From Squalus acanthias (Eukaryota): a DNA stretch of 64,000 bases. Positions 38,594 through 50,828 of this stretch are shown piece by piece. The stretch lies in assembly GCA_030390025.1 (NCBI GenBank), contig CM059425.1:28024001-28088000 (forward strand), given 5' to 3'. Numbering within the stretch: position 1 is the stretch's first letter; every line of letters starts with the position of its first letter. The notes beneath the pieces were generated by a model that worked only from the letters and a program-made list of their open reading frames with translations, had not been told where the DNA came from and made no database searches. Position numbers and translations under genes: made by a program.

Positions 38594-38757
38594 TGATGCG
38601 GAGATGCCGGTGTTGGACTGGGGTGGACAAAAATGAGAAGTCGCACAACACCAGGTTATAGTCCAACAGTTGTATTTAAAATTACGAGCTTTCGGAGCTC
38701 TGCTCCTTCGTCAGGTACAGGTACAGTGAGGGAATACAAATCGATTACACAGTATAT
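38594..38757 (-). mobile_element. Short Penelope-terminus insertion with 12-bp TSD
   Basis: aatgataaatta duplicated at 38582-38593 and 38758-38769. Confidence 0.8.
38683..38717 (-). ncRNA. Minimal hammerhead ribozyme motif
   Basis: uac-CUGACGA-a-GGAGC-aga-GCUCC-GAA-AGCU-C-gua. Confidence 0.75.
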
Positions 38758-39188
38758 AATGATAAATTAAAGTAACGTTTTAATCAACATCTTAAATTTA
38801 TCGTTTGTAAGTTCCTCATGTTATTCAACTGCTGCTGCGGGGTAGTATTCAACAGTGTAATGGACTGCGAGTCGGTTGAGTTCTACTCAGTAAAAGAAGG
38901 AACAGACTTGCAGGGCTTGAGAACAAATGGCGTTACACAGGGAAGACTACATTTGGAAAATGTAAAAAAGGAATGAAATGCCTTTACTGAAGAGTTTGTG
39001 GCACGTTGAGTCTATCACCCGGCTGGGTACTGCTCTTGCCATTGAGTATAACCGTCAGTTTTCAGCTCTTATCATGACTTATCCTCTCAGCCTATCCAGC
39101 AGGCTAACAATGCAAGTAACAATGTGCTTAAGGGAAAGTTGGTCAAGTTAATACCTGAATATAATGGCAACTTTTTAAGCTTTCAATT

Positions 39189-40064
39189 CATAAGAACATA
39201 AGAAATAGGAGCAGGAATAGGCCACTTGGCCCCTCGAGCCTGCTCCGCCATTCAATAAGATCATGGCTGATCTTGGGCTCAAAGCCACTTCCCTGCCCGC
39301 TCCCCATAACCCTTCACTCCCTTATCTTGCAAAAATCTGTCTATCTCCACCATAAATGTATTTAATGACCCAGCCTCCACAGCTCTCTGCGGCAGAGAAT
39401 TCCGCAGATTTACGACCCTCTGAGAGAAGAAATTCCTCTTCATCTCAGTTCTAAAAGGGCGACCCTTTATTCTGAAACTATGCCCCATGTTCTAGATTTC
39501 CTCATGAGGGGAAACATCCTCTCTGCATCTACCTTGTCGAGCCCCCTCAGTATCATATGTTTCAATAAGATCACCTCTCATTCTTCTAAATTCCAATGAG
39601 TATAGGCCCAACCTGCTCAACCTTTCCTCATAAGTCAACCCCCTCATCTCTGGAATTAACCTAGTGAATCGTCTCTGAACTGCCTCCAATGCAAGTATAT
39701 CCTTCCTTAAATAAGGAGACCAAAACTGTACGCAGTACTCAAAGTGTGGTCTCACCAATACCCTGTACAGTTGTAGCAGGACTTCCCTGCTTTTATACAC
39801 CAACCCCCTTGAAATAAAGGCCAACATTCCATTTGCCTTTTTGATTACTTGCTGTACCTGCATACTAACTTTTTGTGTTCCATGCACAAGGACCCCCAGG
39901 TCCCTCTGAACTGTAGCATTTTGTAATCTCTACCATTTAAATAATAATTTGCTTTTTTATTTTTCCTGCCACAGTGGATAACCTCGCACTTTCCCACATT
40001 ATACTCCATCTGCCAAATGTTTGCCCACTCACCTAGCCTGTCTACATCCCTTTGCAGATTCTTT
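39189..40064 (-). mobile_element. CR1 LINE 3' fragment
   Basis: LVRPHFEYCVQFWSPYLRKD; tail reads cataagaacataagaa on the + strand. Confidence 0.92.
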
Positions 40065-40425
40065 GGGGGGGAAATTCAGTATCGCCCCGTTTGGGGCGCC
40101 ATTATCGGCCGTGCGCAAAGATTAGCGCCTGGCGCTAATTATGGCCTCCGACTGCAAACTTGGCTCTTATCGCCCCTGGAGGTGATTGGAGCGCTAAATC
40201 AGGCGCTACATACCTGTCTTAAGGCGCAAAGGCCGAGGAGCGAGGCGCTAACTCAGAGCGCGGGCGCAGCGCAGGTGATGTCAGTTAGCGATGGAACACA
40301 GACACACTGGCGCCGGACAGTTCTTAAAGGGGAGGGTCGATCTTGCTCTCCAGCCACACCCTGCTCATTGGAGCCTTGAATCTCGGCCTGGAGAAACCTG
40401 TGCCTAAATCTTCCAGCCAAGGACT

Positions 40426-42399
40426 ATGGAGAGGGTGAGAGAACGAGCTCAGCGCTTCAGCGAGCAGGCCTTGGATGCTCTGGTTGGCGCGGTGGAGTGC
40501 AGAAGATCTATACTCTTCCCTGAGAGTGGCAGGAGGCCTTTGCCGCGCGAGTACAGAGGAGTGTGGAGGGAGGTGGCTCAGAGCGTCTCTGTTCGATCTT
40601 TCGAACATCTAGCGAATTCGGAGCAACAATTGAATGCTTAACAAACACCGTTCGTAGTTTAAAGTACAATTCCAAAATGTAAGAGTCTCCTCCAGGAGCA
40701 TGGTGCCCAGGACCCATGTTCAATGTCGAAAAAAGTTCAACGACCTCACTCGGATCGTCAGGGTGAGTGGCTTTTTTTCAATACCTCTCCATCCCTCCAT
40801 CTCAACCTCACTCTATGGCCAGAGGGTCTTAAAACCCCAATGCCCAACACTCATCCAACACCTATGGCCCTCTCATGAAACACACACGCACATTCCACAC
40901 TTTGCATACAGTAAGGGCTATTCACCTATGGGAGGCACATCAGGCAAGACCATGGCTGCATACAGTAAGGGCTATTCACCTATGGGAGGCACATCAGGCA
41001 AGACCATGGCTGCATACAGTAAGGGCTATTCAATTATGGGAGGCACATCAGGCAAAACCATGGCTGTATATTTACTCAGACGCCGTCCTTTTTCTTGCAG
41101 GCTAAGCTATCTCATAATAGGAGACAGCAGCAACGGACGGGTGGAGGGTGGCCTCAGCTGCAACCCCTCAGCGATCTTGAGGCGCGCGTCCACAGGATTG
41201 TGGCAAGCCAGGTGATCGGTCCCGTCGCCCCTGGAGAGGCCGACCCCGTTCTGGACAGCAATGGTAAGGTCATCACCTTTTTCTCCTCTCTCCTTCCACT
41301 TGTCCCTCACAACACCAGCCTTTGACACTTTCAATCCAACTTACTAAATCGCTGCACTCATTCCTCCCTTACTGCCCCCCTGTCTTCACGCTAAAGCCAC
41401 TCTTGTACCTCCCTGCTTGCAGATGGTGATTCACCAACTGAGGAGACGGGCCCTCAAGCTGCCAGTGGGAGTGAAGCTGCAGGCGAGGAGGAAGATGAAG
41501 CCGGAGCATCAGCACCACCTTCTCCCGAGGAAGCCCATGCCCACACTGGGAACACGCCTTCCCTGGAGGGGAGCAGGGGGGAAGGGTCTGATGAGGGTGA
41601 AGCTCCAGGACCCAGCGGGCTGCAGCAACGCGATGGGGGTAGGGAAGCTCAGGGGCCTTCTCCCCGGAGGGAGAGTAGGCCAGCGAGTCCTGCTGCACTG
41701 GACGCAGAGGAGGAGCGGCTCATCGCTGAAATGAACACCCAGGCGGTGGACATGCACACTGAGCTCATGGGTGCAGTGGGAAGGGTGCCCGAATGCATTG
41801 AATCACTGGCAAGGAGTGCCGAGCGCTTCGCTGTAGCACAGGCGGATGCCACGCTAAAGCTTAGTGCTGCAATTCAGTCACTGGCTGCCATGACCCCATC
41901 TCAGACTGCTCTCATGCAGACTCAGATTGAGGTCACGCAAGCACTGACTGCTGCCATTCTCGCTGGTTCGGACACATTTCCCCGGGGCTCTCACCGCGCC
42001 GCAGCAGGCCAGCAATCTATGCTCTAGCAGATTGCTCCGGATGCTGAAGTGCTGCCCCGTGGGAGTGCCAGTGTGTCGGTCGAGCAGGGAGTTGCTGTCC
42101 TCTCTCAAGATGACAGCATTCCTGCTGCCACCACTGTCACTTCTCCACTGCACTTGCCACCGCCTGTAGGACAGACTGCTGCCGTCCATGCAGAGTTGGT
42201 GCAGTCTGCAGCCGGGCCCTCCAGGCCCAGAGTTGGTCGAGGCCATCCTTTAAGGGCATCTGCAGTCTCAGGTTCTGACAATCAGCAGCCTTCCAGCAGC
42301 CTTGCTGCAGCCACTAGGGTTCCATTACGGAGGAGCAATAGGGTGGGAAGGGGGGAAGTGCGCAAGGGAAGGAGATCACCCTCGAAGGGCAAAAAGTAG
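40426..42399 (+). pseudogene. Harbinger Myb/SANT-like gene, 3 exons (40426-40762, 41101-41263, 41423-42399)
   Basis: RERAQRFSEQALDALV...W...QCRKKFNDL; GT/AG introns. Disrupted by an insert of about 100 bp in exon 1 and a TAG at 42025. Confidence 0.85.
40903..41064. repeat. 54-bp tandem repeat x3 in Myb intron 1
   Basis: Units start at 40903, 40957 and 41011. Confidence 0.95.
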
Positions 42400-42698
42400 G
42401 AGGTGTGACAAAATGTTTGTCAATTTTTTATTAAAGGCCGAGGTTCGTGGTCAAACTTTTGTTTAGTGTTTTGGACATTATCTCCAAGTTGTGAGAACCG
42501 GTTATGTTAATGACTGTTTTTTTGTGTTTCTTTCTATTAGTTTGTCATGAAGAAATGACACACAGATAAATAAGTTTTTGTATTCAAAATGTACATGTTT
42601 GATCTTTGGAATCATTGCTGCCTTGGCCGGCTTAGGGGTTGCGGGTTGGTTTCATTCATGTTGTTCTCAATGGCAGAAGCCATTCCCTCAGCAGGGGC

Positions 42699-43643
42699 CT
42701 AGAAGCGGCTTGCTATCAGCCATTGACGGACGGCCCTTCCAGTTTCAACATTGTGGGCCTCCCTCCCGCCTTGGTGCTGCTGATGATCATCCTCCACCTC
42801 TTCCTCCTCCTCTTCCTCCTCCTCCTCCGGTGGTGCTCCAAGGCCTGGTGGCATTGGCTGGGTCCTGAGGATTGCCAGGTTATGCAGCATGCAGCACACA
42901 ACTATGAAGAGGGAGACTCGCTCAGGCGAGTACTGCAGGGCTCCTCCTGAGTGGTCCAGACAGCGGAACCGTTGCTTGAGCACGCCGATTGTGTGCTCAA
43001 CGATGTTCCTGGTGGTGAGATGGCTCTCGTTGTACCGCAGCTCAGCAGGGGTGTTGGGGGTATGGAGCGGTGTCATCAACCAGGTGTACAGTGGATAACC
43101 CTTGTCGCCGAGAAGCCAACCACTTGAGTGATGCGGTGCCTGGAAAAGGTCTGCCACAGCAGTCTGGCGCAGGATGAATGCATCATGGCTGCTGCCAGGA
43201 TAGCGGGCATTGACAGTGAGTATCAGCTGTCTGTGGTCACAGACCAACTGGACGTTTAAGGAGTGGAATCCCTTTCGGTTGCGGAAATCCACTGCATTCT
43301 CATGCGGTGCATGCAATGCCACATGCGTGCAGTCAATGGCACCCTGCACCATGGGGAAGCCCGCTGCCTTCAGGGATCTATGTACATGCATACCAAGGTC
43401 CCTCTGATCCTCTGTCCTTCCTAGGGTCCTACCATTCATTGTGTATTCCCTTGCCTTGTTAGTCCTCCCAAAATGCATCACCTCACACTTTTCAGGGTTA
43501 AATTCCATTTGCCACTGTTCTGCCCATCTGACCTGTAGCCTGAGGCTTCCCTCCTCGCTATTTACCACTCCACCAATTTTCGTGTCATCTGCGAACTTAC
43601 TGATCATACCTCCTACATTCATATCTAAATCATTAATGTACAC
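42699..43643 (-). pseudogene. Chimeric ORF: CR1 RT fragment fused in frame to a Harbinger (HARBI1-like) DDE transposase catalytic domain
   Basis: FADDT...VHRSLKAA joined to GFPMVQGAIDCTH...LGDKGY...IVEHTIG; junction at about 43360-43365. Confidence 0.85.
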
Positions 43644-44444
43644 TACAAACAGGCTAAATCAAAAAGGCTAATGGAATGCTGCCCTTTATATCTAGAGGAC
43701 TAGAGTACAAGGGGATAGAAGTTATGCTGCAGCTGTACAAAACCCTGGTTAGACCACACCTGGAGTACTGTGAGCAGTTCTGGGCACCACACCTTAGGAA
43801 GGATATATTAGCCTTGGAGGGAGTGCAGCGTAGGTTTACCAGAATGATACCCGGACTTCAAGGGTTAAGTTACGAGGAGAGAGTACACAAATTAGAGTTG
43901 TATTCGCTAGAATTTAGAAGGTTAAGGGGTGATCTGATTGAAGTTTTCAGGATATTAAGGGGAACAGATAGGGTAGTTAGAGAGAAACTATTTCCACTGG
44001 TTGGGGATTCTAGGACTAGGGGGCATAGTTTAAAAATTAGAGCCAGACCTTTCAGGAGTGAAATTAGGAAACACTTCTACACACAAAGGGATATAAATTC
44101 ATTATAGCCCAGGAATGGGCGGTGTCAGTAGAAAAGTTGGAGGATTAGCATCAGGCGCTAATGCTTTAGACTGCACTCAAAATTCGTGCTCACTGCTCAA
44201 AAAAATGATTGGTGTCCTAATTCAAGTCTTAAAGCCCAAGCTCATTGGCGTTACACTCAAAGGGTGGACCAAGATCAGGTGCAGTCTAATCGCAAGCCAT
44301 GATTGCCACAGGCTTTTTCAGTACTTAAAGGGGAGGTTCATTGATGCTGCAGCACCTCATTCTCGCATTGCTGGTTGTGCAGCTGCCTCAGCAAACAGAA
44401 GCAGGACAAGGAGAAGGAGCCAGAGGACTGAACCAGGTGTGATC

Positions 44445-46284
44445 ATGGCAGGTCCACGCCCCAGGGAGAGAGCCCGCAGGTTCTGCGATGAAGCACTGGA
44501 GGCATTGGTTTTCGCTGTGGAGAGACGGAGGGCGGTGCTCTACCCGGCAAGTGGCAGGAGGCCCTCGCCACAAGTCATCCGCACCATGTGGAGGGAGGTA
44601 ACGCTGCACATATTGGGCAGCACTGTGGTCCCCAGGACCCACACACAGTGCAGGAAGAAATTTAACGACCTCACTTGGGCGGTCAGGGTGAGTCAATGCC
44701 TCAACAAATGCGACATACCACCATCTGAGCCAGTCTTCACACACTGGCTAAACCACCACACCCCAGCACTCACCCACCAACAATCTCTACCTACCAACAC
44801 TCACACCCACATCTCATATCTTGCACACAATGACAGCTATTCAACTATGGCAGAAACATCACCCAAACACATTGCTCCACACTCACTCACACACTTTCCT
44901 TTCTCTTGCAGGCCAAGCTGGCTTACAACAGGAGGGAGCAGGAGCGCACAGGCGGGGGACAAGCCGACACCCAACCACTGTCTGCGCTGGAGAATCGAGT
45001 GCTGCAGATTATTGGGCGCCAGGTGGTGGGCGCCATGGCCACCGGTGACATTGACCCCCTTGGGGACAACAACGTTATGTTCATCCCAACTCCTCCTTCT
45101 CACATCCCACTTCCCCCTCACCCCACAAGCGTTTCGCACTTCCCAGCTAATCATGCTGTATGCATTTCTCACTTTCTGCCCCCCTCCCCTCACCTTAACC
45201 CGACTCTTTTGCCTTTATGCTTTCAGATAATCAACAAGCACCTGAGCAGCCTGTCCCTGAGGGCACGGTAGAGAGCGAAGCTGGAGAAGAGGAGGAGGAA
45301 GAACACACCGCATCACTGCATCTCTCACCCACAGACACCAGCTCAGATACTGGCACTACGCGTTCTTTAGAGGCTAGTATAGTAGCGGGATCTGCACAGG
45401 TGAGGCACCGGGGATGAGTGGGCTGCAGCAAGGCCGGGAAAAGGGTAGCTCGGGGCTCAGGTCCCCAGAGGGTGAGTTCGCGCGAGTTCTGCTGCACAGG
45501 ACTCAGATGAGGACCTCGATGGGGAGGCCGTTAGAAGAAGGGTGATGGGCATGCACATGGAGATGATAGGTGCAATGGCAAGGATGCCCGAGAGCCTCTC
45601 GGCAATGATAAGGAGCGTGGAGGAGTCCGCCTCCAACATTGCACAAGGCTCTGCACACACCATGGAGCCCATCATTTCCAGTCTGCAAAGGATGGTAGAC
45701 TCCCAGAGAGATCATGGCGACCCAGACCTGATGCCGCGTGTGATGGGCGATCTGGCAGCTTCCATTGCAGCACAGGCAGAAGCGACGCAACGTCTTAGTG
45801 CTGTAATGCAGTCTATGGTTGGTGCCATTCAATCTCAGACTGCTCTCATGCAGTCTCAGCTTGATGCCACACAAGCTCTGACTGCTGCCATCGTGGCTGA
45901 GTCTACCACCGTCAACCGGGGCTTTCATGGTGTCGCAGCAGGCCAGCAATCTGTGCTGCAACAGATTGCCAGGGATGCTGAGGTGCTGCCCCGGGGGAGT
46001 GGCAGTGGGTCAGTGGAGCAGGAACCTGCTGTCCTCTCTCAGGATGACAGCATTCCTGCTCCCACCACTGGCACTCTGTCATTGCCCTTGTCGCTGCCTG
46101 TCATCCTTCCAGGCCCAGAGCTGGTCGAGGGCGTCCTGCAAGGCCATCTGAAGTCTCCCGCACGGACACTCAGCAGCCTTCCACCAGTCCTGCTGCAGCC
46201 ACTGGGCCAACACTTTGTAGGAGCACTAGAGTAGGCAAAGGCACAGTAATGACAGGCACTAAGGGATTGCACAAGGGTGAATAG
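44445..46284 (+). pseudogene. Harbinger B Myb/SANT-like gene, 3 exons (44445-44687, 44912 to about 45074, 45227-46284)
   Basis: MAGPRPRERARRFCDEALEALV...QCRKKFNDL; second donor mutated; frameshifts in exon 3. Confidence 0.85.
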
Positions 46285-46448
46285 TTCATATTTTTGGTGT
46301 AAATATATGTTCACTGATTTTTGATATATTTATTAATTCAGTTTGGATTCTTTTGTGGTGTATCTCATTTCAGCTTTGCGCTGTGATATGGCCTGTGACG
46401 GGATGGAATGATGGGGATGTGTTGAGCAATGGGGATCCGGGGTGTAAT

Positions 46449-47630
46449 TCATTCGAACTGCAGTCTGATGAGGCAGTCACGGACTGCCCTTCCGGAAGGC
46501 CGATTGAGTGGCTGCCTCCTCTCTCGCTCCTGTTCCTCCTCCTCTTCCTCCTCATCCTCCTCATCTTCCTCTTCCTCCTCGTCTCCCTCTTCCTCCTCCT
46601 GAAGTTGTCCTACAATCCTTAGTGGCAAGGGCTGGGCCCTCATGTTGGCCAAGTTGTGGAGCATGCATCAGACCACCATGAAATGGGACACCCGCTCAGC
46701 CGAGTACTGGAGGGCTCCTCCTGTGTGGTCAAGGCAGCAGAACTGTTGCTTCAGCAGGCCAATGGTCTGCTCAATGATGTTCCTGGTGGTAGCATGGCTC
46801 TCATTATATGAGTGCTGGGCAGGAGTGTTGGGGTTGCAGAGGAGAGTCATGAGCCAGGTGAAGAGCGGATAGCCCTTTTCTCTGAGCAGCCAGCCGCGAG
46901 CTTGATGTGGTGGCTGGAAAATTGCTGGCACACCAGTCTGGCGCAGGATGAAGGCATTGTGGCTGCTGCTAGGATAGCGGGCATTGACATTGAGGATTCG
47001 CTGTCTGTGGTCGCACACCAACTGCACATTAAGTGAGTGGTAACTTTTGCGGTTACGGAAGATCTCAGGATTGTTATGCGGTGCCCACAAAGTCACGTGG
47101 GTGCAGTCAATGGCGCCCTGCACCATGGAGAATCCCGTTATCCTGGCAAGGCTACATGCATGCTCGTCCTGCTTCTCTCTGGTGATGGGGAAAGAAATGT
47201 AGTCCCTTCTCCTACTGTAGAGAGCCTCTATGACCTCCCAGATGCAACGATGGATAGCGAACTGCAAGATGTTACCTACGTTTCCTGTTACAGACTGGAA
47301 GGATCCGCTGGTGAAGAAATTGGCGACGGTGACCTTCACTGCCACTGAGAGAGCCGTGGTCGCCCTAGTCTGAGGCTGGAGGTCTGGTTGCAGAAGGTGG
47401 CAGAGTTCTATGATCACCTCCTTGGTGAAGCATAGCCTTCTAATACGCTGCTTCTCACTTAATTGGAGGTAGGATAAGTGCTCTCGGAATACCCTCGGAG
47501 GGTAAGGCCTCATGTTGAGAGCTCTGATGGCCCACCACCTCCCTCTGGGCACATGTCTTTCTCGCTGCCTCCTCCATAGATCCTGGAGAGTGAGGTCGAC
47601 TGTCAGTACAGCCCCCATTAATGTTACCAA
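46449..47630 (-). pseudogene. Harbinger B transposase, decayed
   Basis: GAIDCTH, HSLNVQLVCDH, RNIIEQTIG. The second catalytic motif reads LREKGY rather than LGDKGY; stop before MLHNL. Confidence 0.92.
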
Positions 47631-48661
47631 GTGTAGCAGTTTGATTCTTTGAAGAAAAAATGTAGCTACTTTTTAGTTGCCACAACACTCCTGATACAAA
47701 AGAACCTTGAAATTACTGAATGAAACTGTTGCAGTGGGTGAAACTGACAAGAAACCACTGAAACTGCACTAACCTGACAGCTGCGAGTCATTACTGATGA
47801 TCCCTTTAAATAATATCCCTGGAGCTGGCTTCCTGGTGCTTCACGCCAGTTCTCCCTGTCGGTGTTTACTCCAGGCGCTAATGTAGGTGGCGACAGTCAA
47901 TTTAGCAGATCGGGTGGTCAGTGAGCGTTGAACATTCACTGACGTCACGATCCACCTGGCATTGGCGTTCCTGGCGATAACTCTTACTGGTGGCACTACA
48001 GGGGAGGGGGGGCGGGATTTGGCATATGGCGTGGGATTCGCCTCGCCCCAGTGATACTGCTCTTACGCCCAATTAGCGCCAGCTGGCACTAACGGGAAGC
48101 GCTAAGAGGACGAATTTTTTCCCCAAAGGGTGGTAAAAGTTTGGAACTCTCTTCCACAAACAGCAATTGTTAATTTTAAATCAGAGATTGATAGTTTTTT
48201 GTTAACCAAAGGTATTAAGGGATATGGGCCAAAGGCGGGTATATGGAGTTAGGTCGCAGATCAACCATGATCTGATTGAATGGCAGAACAGGCTCAAGGG
48301 ACTGAATGGCCTACTCCTGTTCCTATGTTCCTGTGTAATTTATTAGATATATATGTTCTCTTGCACCTACTGACCACAAAAGTAAATGTATTAACTTGTT
48401 AACATTATTATACATTGAAAACTTTTATTAAACAGAACAAATAGTCTATTTTTATTAATATTATCTGTAACTTAATAATTCCCTCTTTGATTTTTTGTAG
48501 AAACTGTAAAAAATTATATGTAGCACTCAGGATTTCTAAGTAATAACTATTGATACAGATGAACTGATTTAGGTCTGTATCAGCATTTTTCATTATGCTA
48601 TTAAACACAATAAGGTTGCAGTTTGTATTTTGCTTTCAAAATATGATTGTACAGAGACATT

Positions 48662-49470
48662 GGGCTGGATTTTGCTCTCAGCGGCGAACGAATGGCGCCA
48701 GCCATTCATTACACTTGCACCTACCCACACACTTTCTATGGGATTTTGCACTGGAACTTACTTACAGTAAGAGAGCCAAAATAGTGCGGCGCCCTTTACA
48801 GGGCATCTGGGACCTGTGTGAACAGGGAAAGCAACTGTATATCTCCTTAACCAATCAGATTGAAGAATTGTTAATGAGCAGCACAGTGTCTGAACCAGGA
48901 AGTGTAAGTTAGAATATTTAATTCAATGTCAAATCATGTACAGAAAGCGAAATAAAGAGAGGGAAAGAAAGCTGGGATTAAGAGAGAAAGATAAAAGGGA
49001 AAGAAAAAGTAAAAAAACACTGATTTAATATTTTTAAATCTCCAACAATAATTAAAATCTGAAGGAATGAGACTCCACACTTGTGAAAGTTAATTTTCAA
49101 TGCCAGAGAGATTGTTTGGCAGTAATTAAGACTTAGCACGCTGTTAAAAATGTACTTACACTGAAATGGACAAGCACTAATGTTTTAGGAACATAGGAAT
49201 AGGCCATTTAGCCCCTCAAGCCTGTTCTGCCACTCAATGAGGTCATGGCTGATCTGTGACCTAACTCCATTTTCTGGCGAGTTTAGTGTTTATCACATAA
49301 GTACCGCAACTTCACGTCGTTCCATGTATTTCAATGCCGAGTCTCTCGGCAAGATACTGTTATAGCGCAGTTTCTGGAGGAGCAAGGCATCTCGGACAGC
49401 AACTTGCTGATTTCTTCGTTTAACTGACCACACACGGTTGCTGGAAGTTGCTGTCCGATTTACACTTTAA
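48662..49470. mobile_element. Harbinger-type MITE related to 33824-34494, with a short CR1 tail inserted at about 49187-49270
   Basis: Starts GGGCTGGATTTTGC; shares ccaatcagattgaag and aagttgctgtcc segments with that element. Confidence 0.7.
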
Positions 49471-49935
49471 TAATGCTTAGTGCTGTCCTTGACAAATCCA
49501 AGTAATAATGTTCGATAAATGTATAAGGCCTGCAGTACCTTTTCTTTAAATAGACTAATGAAGTTGAATTGCGTTTGACTCTCCCCAGGGTTTCTCTCAT
49601 TACTGGCTGGGAACAATGCAAGACGTGTCTGAGCCCAAAAGAAACAAATAACGATGTTGGTGTCTTTAGTGTGATTAAATAATAAGACAAAGACCTCTTT
49701 GCAGCAGTACAGTGGAACCTATGTTCCACCTCAGAGCCATAGGCAAAGAGAAGAGATTGTAATGTCTTGTGACAAGTGATCTTCAGACACTGTTTTCAGC
49801 AGAAATTTGCGATGTTACCCAAGGACAACTTTGTCCTCACGGCAGATGAAATAGGATTGTTTCTTAATTAGCTTATAGTTCACTGACCCATCTTTATGAG
49901 AGTAGTGCCTTTGAGATGGCACTTTTGTAGATGAA

Positions 49936-50828
49936 GGGGTAAAAATTCACTTGGTTGCGCCTCCCGTTAGCGCCTTAAGAGGGCGCTAATGGGGCGCAAA
50001 GCCGCTAACACCCGGGCGCAGCGATGTTTGCGCCGCTCGAGAACTTAACTTGAGATTGTGCGGCGGCGCTAAAACTTACCGTTGCGACCACCTGCGCGCG
50101 CAGATTGTGACGTCATTCCATGGTGCAACGCCCTTGTGGCGCCCCGTAGCGGAAATTGAGTGGCGCCCCCTGCCTTACCGCCTGGCGCTTCCAACGACCA
50201 GAAGACTGGAACGCTATCAATCGCTGTGGGGCTGGGGGGAGCGCTATTTAAAGGGGGCCTCTTCCTGTCTTTTATTGTTGGTGGCATTTTTGAACTACGC
50301 ATTCTGAGAGAGAGAGGGAGAGACTTCTGGAGAGATTCAACGTTGTGTGAAGGAGTTTTGGGTACTGAGCAGCACTTTGCAGGTTCATTTTGATTTGCCA
50401 TTCCTTGTATCGATTTAGCAGAGACTGTGGGAGCTGCACTCTGAGCTGTTTGCCTGGTACGCTCCATTGTTCTTTCCAGCACATTTGATGTGCAAGTCTC
50501 TCCAGGCCGAGATTCAAGGCAGCAATGAACAGGATGTGGATGGAAAGCAAGATTAACCATCCCCTTTAAGAACTGGCCCGTGCCATTGTGTGTGTGTTCC
50601 ATTGCTGACTGACATTACATGAGCTTCGCCAGCGCTCCGAGTTAGCGCCTCACTGCTCGGCCTTTGCGCCTTAAGAGAGGTGTGCAGCGCCTGCTTTAGC
50701 GCTCCACTCACCTCCCGGGGCGGTAAAAGTGAAGTTTCCTGTCAGTGCCGATAATTAGCGCCAGGCGCTAATATTTGCGTCCGGACGATATTTGCGCCCC
50801 AAATGGGGCGCGACCTAATTTCTACCCC
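49936..50828. mobile_element. Non-autonomous derivative of the Harbinger A family (893 bp)
   Basis: TIRs GGGGTAAAAATT / AATTTCTACCCC; TSD GAA; 50630-50828 is the reverse complement of about 40065-40260. Confidence 0.92.

Larger units (their letters stand above)
40065..43362. mobile_element. Harbinger transposon A (left TIR, Myb gene, transposase 3' half; right end lost)
   Basis: Left TIR GGGGGGGAAATTC; subterminal region matches the MITE at 49936-50828. Confidence 0.88.
44088..48124. mobile_element. Harbinger transposon B, structurally complete (4037 bp)
   Basis: TIRs GGGATATAAATTC / GAATTTTTTCCCC; TSD AAA at 44085-44087 and 48125-48127; two convergent genes. Confidence 0.93.
43651..48333 (+). 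mobile_element. CR1 3' fragment split by Harbinger B (43651-44087 and 48128-48333)
   Basis: cttctacacacaaa|...|gggtggtaaaagtttggaactc is continuous across the insertion; tail cctgttcctatgttcct. Confidence 0.9.

Noticed and set aside
40903-41064. CRISPR-like or coding repeat
   Set aside because: Head-to-tail 54-bp units with no spacers, inside an intron; an ordinary minisatellite. The same applies to 17005-17070.
44115-45230. 371-aa ORF as a single protein
   Set aside because: It runs from the transposon subterminal region through intron 1; the real gene is spliced and starts at 44445.
46668-47630. Host HARBI1 gene
   Set aside because: It lies within TIRs and a TSD, has paralogous copies in the window, and has damaged catalytic motifs.
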